From contig CABSLV010000001.1 in the NCBI GenBank assembly GCA_902478645.1, forward strand, positions 15,701 through 79,700: a DNA stretch of 64,000 nucleotides. The letters run 5' to 3'. Both the position numbers and the translations under genes were made by a program. Below are positions 26,631-35,705 of the stretch, one piece after another. Below the pieces are notes generated by a model. The model did not search any database and was not told where the DNA came from. It saw only the letters and a list, made by a program, of their open reading frames with translations. Position 1 is the first letter of the stretch; every line of letters starts with the position of its first letter. This DNA is from an uncultured Flavobacteriales bacterium. GTDB lineage: Bacteria > Bacteroidota > Bacteroidia > Flavobacteriales > UBA1820.

Positions 26631-28010
26631 ATGGCCAAAGCCAAAACCGTATACGTGTGCAGCCATTGCGGGATGGAATACCCCAAATGGTACGGGCAGT
26701 GCCCCTCGTGCCGCCAGTGGAACACCCTGACCGAAACGACCCTTGCCCCCTCGTCCGACACCCGCCACGCTCCGGCCTGGAGCCTGGGTCAGGACGAAAA
26801 AAAACGACAGACCAAACCCCTGAACATCCGCGAAGTGGAATACGCTTCGCAGCGCCGGATCTCGAGCGGCAATGCGGAATTCGACCGGATCCTCGGCGGG
26901 GGTGTCGTACCCGGATCGCTCATGCTGCTGGGCGGGGAACCCGGCATCGGCAAATCGACCCTCATGCTCCAACTCGCCCTGCGGGCGCGCGGAGTGCGCA
27001 CGCTCTACGTCTCGGGCGAAGAATCGGCCGAGCAGATCCGCATGCGCGCCGAACGCATCGGGATCGACAACGAAGAATGCTACATCCTGCCCGAAACCAA
27101 CACGGATGCCATCTTCTCCCACGCCGCTACGGTCGCTCCGCAACTGGTGGTGATCGACTCGATCCAGACCCTGTACACCCCCCGGGCGGAGGCTTCCGCC
27201 GGCAGCGTCGCCCAGATCCGCGAATGCGCAGCCGAACTGCTGCGTTACGCCAAGGAAAGCGGCGTTCCGGTAGTGCTCATCGGCCACATCACCAAGGACG
27301 GTTCGCTGGCAGGGCCCAAAATCCTGGAACACATGGTGGATGCCGTATTGCAATTCGAAGGCGACCGCAATCACCTCTACCGCATCGTCCGGGTACAGAA
27401 AAACCGCTTCGGCTCCACCGACGAGATCGGCATCTACCGCATGGGCGCCGCCGGGCTGGAAACGGTGGAAAACCCCTCGGCCGCCCTCATCTCGGGACAC
27501 AACGCCCACCTCTCAGGCAACGCCGTGGCCGTCACCCTGGAAGGAGTACGCCCCATCCTGATCGAAGTACAGGCCTTGGTCTCTTCCGCCGTGTACGGCA
27601 CCCCGCAGCGCACCGCCACCGGTTTCGACACCCGACGGCTGAACATGCTGCTGGCCGTGCTGGAAAAACGCGCCGGTTTCCGCCTGGCCGCCAAGGACGT
27701 CTTCCTGAACATCACCGGCGGACTGCGGGTGGACGACCCAGCCTTCGACCTGGCCGTGGTAGCTGCCGTACTGTCTTCGGATCAGGACATCCCGCTGGGC
27801 GAAAAGACCTGCTTTGCCGCCGAAGTAGGACTCTCGGGCGAAATCCGCCCCGTCACCCGCATCGAACAGCGCATCGGCGAAGCGCAACGCCTGGGCTTCG
27901 ACATCGTCTTCGTCTCGGCTTACAACCAAGTGCGCCCGGCCGCCTGGCCGGCCATTCGGGTCATCCCCATCGAACGCATCGAACAGTTGATCAAATTCTG
28001 CTTCGCATAA
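26631..28010 (+). CDS. radA: DNA repair protein RadA/Sms
   Basis: Zinc ribbon CSHCGMEYPKWYGQCPSCRQWNT, Walker A GGEPGIGKST, KNRFG motif and a Lon-like C-terminus. Confidence 0.95.
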   Translation: MAKAKTVYVCSHCGMEYPKWYGQCPSCRQWNTLTETTLAPSSDTRHAPAWSLGQDEKKRQTKPLNIREVEYASQRRISSGNAEFDRILGGGVVPGSLMLLGGEPGIGKSTLMLQLALRARGVRTLYVSGEESAEQIRMRAERIGIDNEECYILPETNTDAIFSHAATVAPQLVVIDSIQTLYTPRAEASAGSVAQIRECAAELLRYAKESGVPVVLIGHITKDGSLAGPKILEHMVDAVLQFEGDRNHLYRIVRVQKNRFGSTDEIGIYRMGAAGLETVENPSAALISGHNAHLSGNAVAVTLEGVRPILIEVQALVSSAVYGTPQRTATGFDTRRLNMLLAVLEKRAGFRLAAKDVFLNITGGLRVDDPAFDLAVVAAVLSSDQDIPLGEKTCFAAEVGLSGEIRPVTRIEQRIGEAQRLGFDIVFVSAYNQVRPAAWPAIRVIPIERIEQLIKFCFA

Positions 28011-28241
28011 CCCCACCCGGGGAGCCCCCATTCGCCCCGGGGGAAAATGACGTTCTCCCACCCCGGCCGCACAAAGCGACGGTCTCAAAGTATTTCCCGA
28101 CGGCATTGGTTAATCCCGAGAAATCTTCCACGAGGCCTTTTTACTGATAAAAATCTCGTTTTTCCCCGCACCTCTCACCCACGAGCGCGGGCAAATCCTT
28201 ATCTTTACCCCCGGATTCATTTCCCAAAACCGAAACATCCC

Positions 28242-30563
28242 ATGCGACTTCTCCCCGTCCTGCTGCTACTGTGGTGGCTACCTGGCACTTCTGAACTTCT
28301 CCAGGGAGCGGCCCCGTTGCCTTCCACTGCCCAGGACACCCTCCGCCAGGGTGATCGGCTGAAAGTCGGGCTGGTCCTTTCGGGAGGCGGCGCCAAAGGC
28401 TTCGCGCACTTGGGCGCCATCAAGGTGATCGAACGCGCCGGAGTACACATCGACTACATCGGAGGGACCTCCATCGGAGCGATCGTCGGCGGGCTGTACG
28501 CCACCGGATGGAGCACCGAACAGATCGACTCGCTGATCCAAGATTTCGACATTCTGGAGATCGTACAAGACAAAACACCGCGCCGCTACCGCCTCTACTA
28601 CGACAAACAACGAGAAGGACGAGTGGCTTTCCGCCTGGGAATGAACCGTTTCAAACTGCAATTTCCCTCGGCCATCTCGCACGGACAAAACCTGATCAAC
28701 AAATTCGCCGACTGGACCATCCCCGCCCACACGATCGACAACTTCGACCGCCTTTCTCTCCCCTATTTTGCCAAAGCCACCGACCTGGAGCACGGCACCT
28801 CCGTCAAACTGGATCGGGGCTACCTGCCGGAAGCCATGCGCGCCAGCGGCACGTTCCCTTCGCTGCTCACCCCCTTCTCCATCGACTCCACCCTGCTGGT
28901 GGACGGCGGCGTGCTGGACAACTATCCTGTGGACCAGATGCGCGCCACAGGGGTCGACATCGTTATCGGCATCAATATCGGTGCCGATCTTTACTCGCCG
29001 GAAAAACTCGGGTCGGTCGTCGGCATTCTGGATCAACTCATCAGTTTTCAAACCGTCAAAAATGCCGAAGCCCAACGAGGGAACGTGGACCTGGAGATAA
29101 AACCCGACATCGCCGAATTCAACGCAATGAGTTTCAGCGATGCCGACAGCATTTACCAGCGAGGCGTCATCGCTGCCGAACAGCAAATGGAAGCTCTGCA
29201 GGCCATCGCCCGCGCCCAACAGGCCTCCGGTATTTCCCCCACACCCCAGCCGAAGATCGTCCCCCGGAACGAGTTCCGCATCGAGGACATCCGGGTATCG
29301 GGTTCCCGGGACTACCCGCGGGAATACTTCCTGGGACGCCTGGACAAAGAACTCCCGGGCCTTTTCTCGCTCGAGGACATCCATCGGGCCATCTCCCGCC
29401 TGTATGCCACCGGCAACTTCCACAACGTGTATTACCGCCTGCAAAAAGGCTCGCAGACGGACAGCTACCTGCTGGAATTCATCGTCAATGAAAATCCCAC
29501 CCGGCAATACATCGGCATCGGCTGGACCTACGACCGGCTGTTCGGCACCAACATTCTGCTCAACCTGCGCATTAACAACATCCTGCCCCGCACCATCTTC
29601 GAAACCGACGTCATCCTGGGCAAGAGTTCTTCGCTGGGCCTGTCCCTGTTCCGCGACAACGGAAAACGCCCCTCACTGGGCATCAATTTCCGCATGGGAC
29701 AATTTACCCCCCAGACCTTCTTCACCGATTTCGGTGACGATACCGACCCCGCTCCCATGACTCTGCGCACCGATATTTCCAACGGTTATGTCCAGGCCAA
29801 CGGATACATACAGACCACCGTCAATCAAAAGTTCACCGCAGGGATCGGCCTGGAATACCTTTACCTGAAGTCCTCCATCGACAACATCCGTATCGCAGGA
29901 AAAAGTTCGCTGGATTTCGAAAACACGTATTTCTTCGCCCCGAATCTCTACCTCTCGGCCGATACGCGCGACGACCGTTTTTTTCCCACCCGGGGCTTTT
30001 ACCTCAATGCGCTGTACAAAGTCCTGCTGACCCCCAATTCCCCGGGCGACCGTTCCCTGGTCGAACCCCCGCGCGGAGACTTTCTCTCGTTCTTCTCCGC
30101 CCAAGTGGAACAGTCCATCTCCTTAAGCCGTCACTTCTCCGCCACCGTAGGTGGATATGCCGGACTGGCCTTTTGTGAAAAACTGCCCTTCGCCTACCGC
30201 TTTTTCCCTGGAGGAGTACGTGCCGTCATGCCGTTCAACTACGTCTCGTTCTACGGTCTTCCCTTCGTATGGAACAGCGACGAGAGTACCACCGACATCG
30301 GCCAGAACAACCTGATCAAAGCCGGGGTCAAACTACAATACTCCCCCGCCCACAACCATTACCTGATCGCTGCCTACAACTACGGCCTGACCAGCACCGA
30401 AAAATCCGCCTTCCGGGCCAGCTATCGGACCATCCAGGGAGCCGGCATCGGATACTGTTTCCGCACCCCCTTCGGCAAACTGGAACTCATCGGCACCTAT
30501 TCTCCGAACAAGACCAGCGGATCGTCCTACTCCCTTTTCTTCTCCACCGGCATGACCTTCTGA
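28242..30563 (+). CDS. patatin-like phospholipase fused to an Omp85/BamA-type beta-barrel (PlpD-like)
   Basis: Start set at MRLLPVLLLLWWLPG (signal peptide). Patatin motifs GLVLSGGGAKG and GGTSIGA (GxSxG), plus a DGG catalytic Asp region. The C-terminal ~450 aa have beta-strand periodicity and end in ...FFSTGMTF. Confidence 0.8.
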   Translation: MRLLPVLLLLWWLPGTSELLQGAAPLPSTAQDTLRQGDRLKVGLVLSGGGAKGFAHLGAIKVIERAGVHIDYIGGTSIGAIVGGLYATGWSTEQIDSLIQDFDILEIVQDKTPRRYRLYYDKQREGRVAFRLGMNRFKLQFPSAISHGQNLINKFADWTIPAHTIDNFDRLSLPYFAKATDLEHGTSVKLDRGYLPEAMRASGTFPSLLTPFSIDSTLLVDGGVLDNYPVDQMRATGVDIVIGINIGADLYSPEKLGSVVGILDQLISFQTVKNAEAQRGNVDLEIKPDIAEFNAMSFSDADSIYQRGVIAAEQQMEALQAIARAQQASGISPTPQPKIVPRNEFRIEDIRVSGSRDYPREYFLGRLDKELPGLFSLEDIHRAISRLYATGNFHNVYYRLQKGSQTDSYLLEFIVNENPTRQYIGIGWTYDRLFGTNILLNLRINNILPRTIFETDVILGKSSSLGLSLFRDNGKRPSLGINFRMGQFTPQTFFTDFGDDTDPAPMTLRTDISNGYVQANGYIQTTVNQKFTAGIGLEYLYLKSSIDNIRIAGKSSLDFENTYFFAPNLYLSADTRDDRFFPTRGFYLNALYKVLLTPNSPGDRSLVEPPRGDFLSFFSAQVEQSISLSRHFSATVGGYAGLAFCEKLPFAYRFFPGGVRAVMPFNYVSFYGLPFVWNSDESTTDIGQNNLIKAGVKLQYSPAHNHYLIAAYNYGLTSTEKSAFRASYRTIQGAGIGYCFRTPFGKLELIGTYSPNKTSGSSYSLFFSTGMTF

Positions 30564-30667
30564 CGCCAGTGCTTGCCTGCCTCGTCGTTTTTCTCCTTCG
30601 CCGCACGAAACCCTGCCCGCTCATGCAGCAGGCTCCTTCGCCAACGGTCGCCGCCCCCTCCCCTGTC

Positions 30668-30841
30668 TTTGGATAAGACAGAACGCGCCTCGGCAAACCC
30701 CACGAGGAAAAACTTCGCTCCACCTCTGCTTTGCACTCGGCTTTCACCATCTTTTCATAAGACAGGATGCGCCTCGGCAACCCCCGCGAGGAAAAACTTC
30801 GTTTCCCCTCGCGGCTTTGCCCTCGGCTTTCACTATCTTTG
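30668..30841. repeat. tandem repeat array B (2 copies of the 86-bp element, inverted relative to array C)
   Basis: Unit 1 spans 30668-30753 and unit 2 spans 30754-30839. Unit 2 differs from the reverse complement of an array C copy at 6 of 86 positions by hand alignment. Confidence 0.9.
30834..30841 (+). promoter_or_regulatory. -7 box TATCTTTG (end of repeat unit 2) for dxs
   Basis: Lies within ggctttcacTATCTTTGca, 45 nt upstream of the GTG at 30886. Confidence 0.55.
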
Positions 30842-30885
30842 CACAGACCGCGTGCCGCACCTTCTTCGCGACACCCGCGCACCCC

Positions 30886-32679
30886 GTGGAAAAAACGTTC
30901 CGTGAAAAATACCCGCTGCTCTTTTCGGTGAACTCCCCCGCCGACCTGCGCACCCTTGCGGTGGACGTACTGCCCCGACTGGCCGAAGAGTTGCGCAACT
31001 ATATCATCGATGTCGTTTCGGTCAAACAAGGCCACCTGGGCTCCAACCTGGGGGTGGTGGAACTGGCCATCGCCCTGCATTACGTCTTCGACACCCCACA
31101 CGACGCCCTCATCTGGGACGTCGGGCATCAGAGCTACCCGCACAAGATCCTCACCGGCCGCCGCGACGCCTTTCTCCATCTGCGCGAACAGGACGGGCTT
31201 TCAGGCTTTCCCTCCCGAGCAGAAAGCCCTTACGACGCCTTCGGCACCGGACATAGTTCCACTTCGATCTCTGCGGCCCTGGGCATGGCCCTTGCCGACC
31301 AGCTCCAGGGCGACTCCCACACCCAGCACATCGCCGTGATAGGCGATGCTTCGATCGCCTCGGGCATGGCCTTCGAAGCCCTGAACCACGCAGGGAGCAC
31401 CCAAGCCAACCTGCTGATCGTGCTCAACGACAACGCCATCGGCATCGACCCGGTATCGGGCGCATTGGAAAAACACCTGAGGGATCTCCTGGGAGGGATC
31501 GACCTCGACAACTTTTTCCGAACCCTCCACATCACCTACCGGCAGGTATCCGACGGGCACAACATCCCGCAACTGATCGCCGCATTACAACAGGTCAAAC
31601 ACCTCCCCGGCGTAAAACTGCTGCACGTACCCACCATCAAGGGAAAAGGATTTCCCTCGGCCGAAGCCGAACAGATCCTCTACCACTACCCCGGCCACTT
31701 CGACCGCACCACCGGTACGCTGAAGAATACCCTTCAGATACGTTATCAGGACATCGTCGGGGAGGAACTCCTGCGCCTGGCCCGCAAGGACGAAACACTC
31801 TACGCTCTTACCCCGGCCATGCCTACCTCCAGCGGTCTCTCCTCCCTGCACACTGAATGCCCCTCCAGGGTCATCGACACCGGTATTGCCGAAGCTCACA
31901 CCTTGACTTTGGCCGCCGGCATGGCTTGCCGGGGGCTTCGACCTTTTGCCGTGGTGTACTCCACCTTTTTGCAGCGCGCCTACGACCAGATCGTCCACGA
32001 CATCGCCCTGCAAAACCTTCCGGTACGCCTGCTGATAGACCGCGCCGGAATCGTAGGACCCGACGGACCGACCCATCACGGGGTATTCGACCTGTCCTAC
32101 CTGCTGTCCTTGCCCAACATGACCATCATCGCCCCGGCCAATGGCTGCGAACTGCGCGCCGCCCTGCACTTGGCCGCCCGGTACGATCGCGGCCCCATTG
32201 CCATCCGGTATCCGCGCGGAGAGGCCCAGGACGATACTCCGGCGGAGGAAACGATGCCTTTCGGACAAGGGCGCTGCCTCCGCCCGGAGGGAGACATCGC
32301 CATGATCTCGGTAGGAGCCATGCTCTCCGTGGCACGCCAGGCGATCGCCCTGCTCCCCGACGAGCAACGCCAGCGGGTGAGCCTGTACGACCTGCGCTTT
32401 GTCAAACCGCTCGACGCGTCCCTGCTGCGGGAAGTCTTCACCCGTTCGCAAGCCGTACTGACCCTCGAGGATGGCGTGCGTCAGGGGGGTGCCGGCAGCG
32501 CCGTCGCCCTGTGGGCAGCGGACAACGGTTTTCCGCACATCCCGGTACACATTCTCGGGGTACCCGACCGTTTCCTCCCCGTCGGCACCCGGGAGCAACT
32601 GCAGGCCGTCTGCGGGATCGATGCCCAAGGCGTTGCCCAAGCCTTGCGCCGGGTACTGGAAAAAACCCCGAGGAAATAA
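30886..32679 (+). CDS. dxs: 1-deoxy-D-xylulose-5-phosphate synthase
   Basis: Contains the GHLGSNLGVVELAIALHYVFDTPHDALIWDVGHQSYPHKILTGRR hallmark. The start is uncertain. GTG at 30886 was chosen because the ATG at 30817 lies upstream of the predicted promoter, inside the repeat. Confidence 0.9.
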   Translation: MEKTFREKYPLLFSVNSPADLRTLAVDVLPRLAEELRNYIIDVVSVKQGHLGSNLGVVELAIALHYVFDTPHDALIWDVGHQSYPHKILTGRRDAFLHLREQDGLSGFPSRAESPYDAFGTGHSSTSISAALGMALADQLQGDSHTQHIAVIGDASIASGMAFEALNHAGSTQANLLIVLNDNAIGIDPVSGALEKHLRDLLGGIDLDNFFRTLHITYRQVSDGHNIPQLIAALQQVKHLPGVKLLHVPTIKGKGFPSAEAEQILYHYPGHFDRTTGTLKNTLQIRYQDIVGEELLRLARKDETLYALTPAMPTSSGLSSLHTECPSRVIDTGIAEAHTLTLAAGMACRGLRPFAVVYSTFLQRAYDQIVHDIALQNLPVRLLIDRAGIVGPDGPTHHGVFDLSYLLSLPNMTIIAPANGCELRAALHLAARYDRGPIAIRYPRGEAQDDTPAEETMPFGQGRCLRPEGDIAMISVGAMLSVARQAIALLPDEQRQRVSLYDLRFVKPLDASLLREVFTRSQAVLTLEDGVRQGGAGSAVALWAADNGFPHIPVHILGVPDRFLPVGTREQLQAVCGIDAQGVAQALRRVLEKTPRK

Positions 32680-32726
32680 CCGGGAAAAAACGTATTTTCG
32701 TCCGATCACAAATAACACCGGAAAAA

Positions 32727-33776
32727 ATGAACAAAAGGGGACTGTACCTACTGGGTTGGATCGCCACCCTGCTCTGCCTGTCCGGACAGGCGGGTTTTTC
32801 GCAAGTCGTAGTGGACAGCAAAACGGCCGATTTCCTGCGCAACTTCGATCACCAGAAGATCAAACCGGCGCATATCGATACTTCGTACTGGTCGGTAAGC
32901 CGCGAACTGCGCTTTGAAACCGCGCTGCACTCGGTCTCGAAAAACTGGTACCAGTCGGACAACCGGAGCAGCCTCCGCCTGAACATGTACTCCCTGATCA
33001 ACGCCAACTACATCCGCGAATACACCCGTTGGAACAACACCCTGGACCTGCGCCTGGGATTCCTGTGGGAGGATGCCGGCAAACTGGCCGATGAGGCTCG
33101 CAACCTGTCGGTCAATCAGAACTACCTGCGGTTGGAGACCGTGTACGGCGTAAAACTGGTCCGGCGTTTCGACTTCGAGGCCAATGCCAAACTCGTTACC
33201 CAGATCATGCCGAGCTACGAAAACAATACCGCAAAAGAGTCGAACAAAACCTTCATGGCACCGGGCGTACTGGACATCGGTTTGGGTGCCTCGTACAACT
33301 ATTCCGCCAAGCGCCTGCCTACGTTCTACATCAGTTTTTATCCGGTGAACAACAACACCACGTTCGTGCTCAACCAACGCCTGGCCGATGCCGGGACTTC
33401 CGGGGTTACCCCTGCGGTAAAGGACGACCAGGGCAACATCATCCAGCACGGAAAGCAGTACAAGATGGTATGGGGTGTCCGCACACAGTTCAAGATCAAA
33501 TACTTCATCCTGGAAAACCAGAAATTTTGGGCGAGCAACGACTTCTCCATCTTCGTGGACTATGCGGAAAATCCCGGCGCCGGACAGATCGACAACAAAT
33601 TCATCCTCTCCTACGAGATCACCAAAAACATCTCGTTGAGTTACAACATGACCCTTCGCTACTACGACAGCGACCGCATTACCCGCACCGATCCCACCAC
33701 CGGGCAGAGCGCGCAGTACTACGCCGGGCTGGAAATGATGAACGACATGACGATCAACCTGAAATTTAACTTTTGA
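32727..33776 (+). CDS. putative outer-membrane beta-barrel protein (DUF3078-like)
   Basis: In-frame ATG giving signal peptide MNKRGLYLLGWIATLLCLSGQAGFS. Alternating-polarity strands throughout and a C-terminal ...INLKFNF. Confidence 0.6.
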   Translation: MNKRGLYLLGWIATLLCLSGQAGFSQVVVDSKTADFLRNFDHQKIKPAHIDTSYWSVSRELRFETALHSVSKNWYQSDNRSSLRLNMYSLINANYIREYTRWNNTLDLRLGFLWEDAGKLADEARNLSVNQNYLRLETVYGVKLVRRFDFEANAKLVTQIMPSYENNTAKESNKTFMAPGVLDIGLGASYNYSAKRLPTFYISFYPVNNNTTFVLNQRLADAGTSGVTPAVKDDQGNIIQHGKQYKMVWGVRTQFKIKYFILENQKFWASNDFSIFVDYAENPGAGQIDNKFILSYEITKNISLSYNMTLRYYDSDRITRTDPTTGQSAQYYAGLEMMNDMTINLKFNF

Positions 33777-33825
33777 CCGCCTGCCAAAAAACGCACATTT
33801 CCTTAACATAAAACTAAAAAAAGCG

Positions 33826-33833
33826 TAACTTTG
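33826..33833 (+). promoter_or_regulatory. -7 box TAACTTTG for prs
   Basis: Lies 61 nt upstream of the ATG at 33894. Confidence 0.55.
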
Positions 33834-33893
33834 CGCCGGTGTTTCCGCTCTCCCGGCGGAAACTTATTTCACAGACCCTTACTGCTACCAAAT

Positions 33894-34838
33894 ATGGAAT
33901 CGACACCTAAAATTTTTGCTGCGTCCTGCACCATGCCCTTGGCCGAAAAAATAGCCCAGGAATTCGGCACCACACTCGGCCGGGTGGAATTGTCCCGTTT
34001 TTCGGACGGAGAATTCCAGCCCTGCTTCGAGGAAACCGTGCGGGGAAAACACGTATATCTGGTTTGCTCCACCACCCCTCCGGCGGACAACCTGATGGAA
34101 CTGCTCCTGATGATCGACTGCGCCAAACGCGCATCGGCCAGCAAGATCATCGCCGTAATGCCCTACTTCGGATGGGCGCGTCAGGACCGCAAGGACAAAC
34201 CGCGCGTGCCGATAGGCGCAAAAATGGTCGCCAAGATGCTGGAAACGGCCGGTGCCACCCGCATCGTCACGATGGACCTGCATGCCGACCAGATCCAGGG
34301 ATTTTTCGAGATCCCGGTAGACCACCTCTACGCCTCGTCCATCTTTGTGGAATACATCAAACAGTTGCAAAAAGACGGCAGCATCCAAAACCTGGCGATC
34401 GCTTCCCCCGACATGGGTGGCTCGAAACGTGCCTACTCCTATGCCAAGTACTTCGGCAGCGACGTGGTGATCTGCTACAAACAGCGCAAAAAAGCCAACG
34501 TCATCGAGAGCATGACCCTCATCGGCGACGTGGAAGGCAAGGATGTCATCCTGCTGGACGACATGGCCGACACGGCCGGCACGCTGACCAAAGCCTGCGA
34601 CATCATGGTCGATCGCGGTGCACGCAGCGTCCGGGCCATGGTAACCCATCCCATCCTTTCGGGCAACGCCTACCAGCGCATCGAAGAGTCCAAGATCACC
34701 GAACTGATTACTACCGACAGCATTGCGTTAAAAAATTCGTCGGACAAAATAAAAGTGCTATCTTGCGCCCCGCTTATGGCCGAGGCTATTCGGATGATCG
34801 AAGACAACGCCTCGATCAGCGCAAATTACGTATTCTAA
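33894..34838 (+). CDS. prs: ribose-phosphate diphosphokinase
   Basis: Start set at MESTPKIFA. Contains DLHADQIQGFF and the PRPP-binding loop ILLDDMADTAGT. Confidence 0.95.
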   Translation: MESTPKIFAASCTMPLAEKIAQEFGTTLGRVELSRFSDGEFQPCFEETVRGKHVYLVCSTTPPADNLMELLLMIDCAKRASASKIIAVMPYFGWARQDRKDKPRVPIGAKMVAKMLETAGATRIVTMDLHADQIQGFFEIPVDHLYASSIFVEYIKQLQKDGSIQNLAIASPDMGGSKRAYSYAKYFGSDVVICYKQRKKANVIESMTLIGDVEGKDVILLDDMADTAGTLTKACDIMVDRGARSVRAMVTHPILSGNAYQRIEESKITELITTDSIALKNSSDKIKVLSCAPLMAEAIRMIEDNASISANYVF

Positions 34839-34880
34839 ACACAGAAAACATTTTATTATCAACTAAATATACCTATTTTT

Positions 34881-35465
34881 ATGAAGTCAATTACACTTAA
34901 AGGTATCGAGAGAGAAAGCGTGGGCAAGGTAGCCACCAACGCCTTACGTAATGCTGGTCGTGTGCCTTGTGTAATCTACGGCGGTGAAAATCCGGTTCAC
35001 TTTTCGGTGGATGCCAAGGATCTGAATCCTTTGGTTTACACGGCGGATGCACTTATCGTAGATTTGGAACTCACCTCGGGCAAGACGTTCAAAGCGGCTT
35101 TGCAGGATCTGCAATTCCACCCCGTTACGGAGAACATCCTCCACGTGGATTTCGTGCAGCTCTTCGACAACAAGCCTGTCACGATGGTAGTTCCGGTAAA
35201 GATCACCGGTCACTCCGAAGGCGTTCGCGCCGGTGGCGTGCTGGCGGTCAATGCCCGCAAACTTCAGGTGCGCGCCCTTCCGGCCAACCTGCCCGACACG
35301 ATCGAGGTAGACGTTACCCCGCTCAAGATCGGCGAGAAAGCCTTCGTCCGCACACTCCAGAAAGAAAATTACAAAATCTTGGCACCCGACAACTACATCG
35401 TAGCCTACGTGCGCACCTCGCGCAACGCTGCCAAGAATGCCGCTGCTGCCGCAGCTGCCGAATAA
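34881..35465 (+). CDS. rplY: 50S ribosomal protein L25 / general stress protein Ctc
   Basis: 194 aa containing [14 protein letters not shown] and an Ala-rich tail. Confidence 0.9.
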   Translation: MKSITLKGIERESVGKVATNALRNAGRVPCVIYGGENPVHFSVDAKDLNPLVYTADALIVDLELTSGKTFKAALQDLQFHPVTENILHVDFVQLFDNKPVTMVVPVKITGHSEGVRAGGVLAVNARKLQVRALPANLPDTIEVDVTPLKIGEKAFVRTLQKENYKILAPDNYIVAYVRTSRNAAKNAAAAAAAE

Positions 35466-35499
35466 ACCTTTCTCTTCGGGCCAGCCCCGATGCATTCCG

Positions 35500-35529
35500 C
35501 GCGCCGCACGAAAGTGCGGCGCGTTTTTT
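35500..35529 (+). terminator. terminator after rplY
   Basis: cgcgccgcac gaaa gtgcggcgcg followed by tttttt. Confidence 0.85.
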
Positions 35530-35619
35530 ATCCCCCCCCAAGAAACACAAACACCCACCATCCCTTCCCATATCCACACTTTTCCTTCGGAAGGCTTCCC
35601 CCGAAAACCCGTAAAAGCG

Positions 35620-35627
35620 TATCTTTG
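35620..35627 (+). promoter_or_regulatory. -7 box TATCTTTG
   Basis: About 79 nt upstream of the ATG at 35706. Confidence 0.45.
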
Positions 35628-35705
35628 TCCCCATGAGCCGCTCCGGAGGGAAAGACCGTTTCCCCTCCTCCCGACTCCGATCACCCATCATCTCAACCCT
35701 TTGCC

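Noticed and set aside
30817-30885. ATG at 30817 as the dxs start codon
   Set aside because: It lies inside repeat unit 2 and upstream of the predicted -7 box. The encoded 23 residues have no counterpart in DXS N-termini. GTG at 30886 gives a typical N-terminus (7 residues before KYPLL). This remains uncertain.
30573-30905. ORFs encoding the recurring peptide ...FHKTGCASANPLRKNFVFPRGFALGFHYL (also at 59665-59874 and in the N-terminal extension of 58322-59773)
   Set aside because: The recurring peptide is simply the 86-bp DNA repeat translated. The frames run across promoter boxes and there is no independent coding signal.
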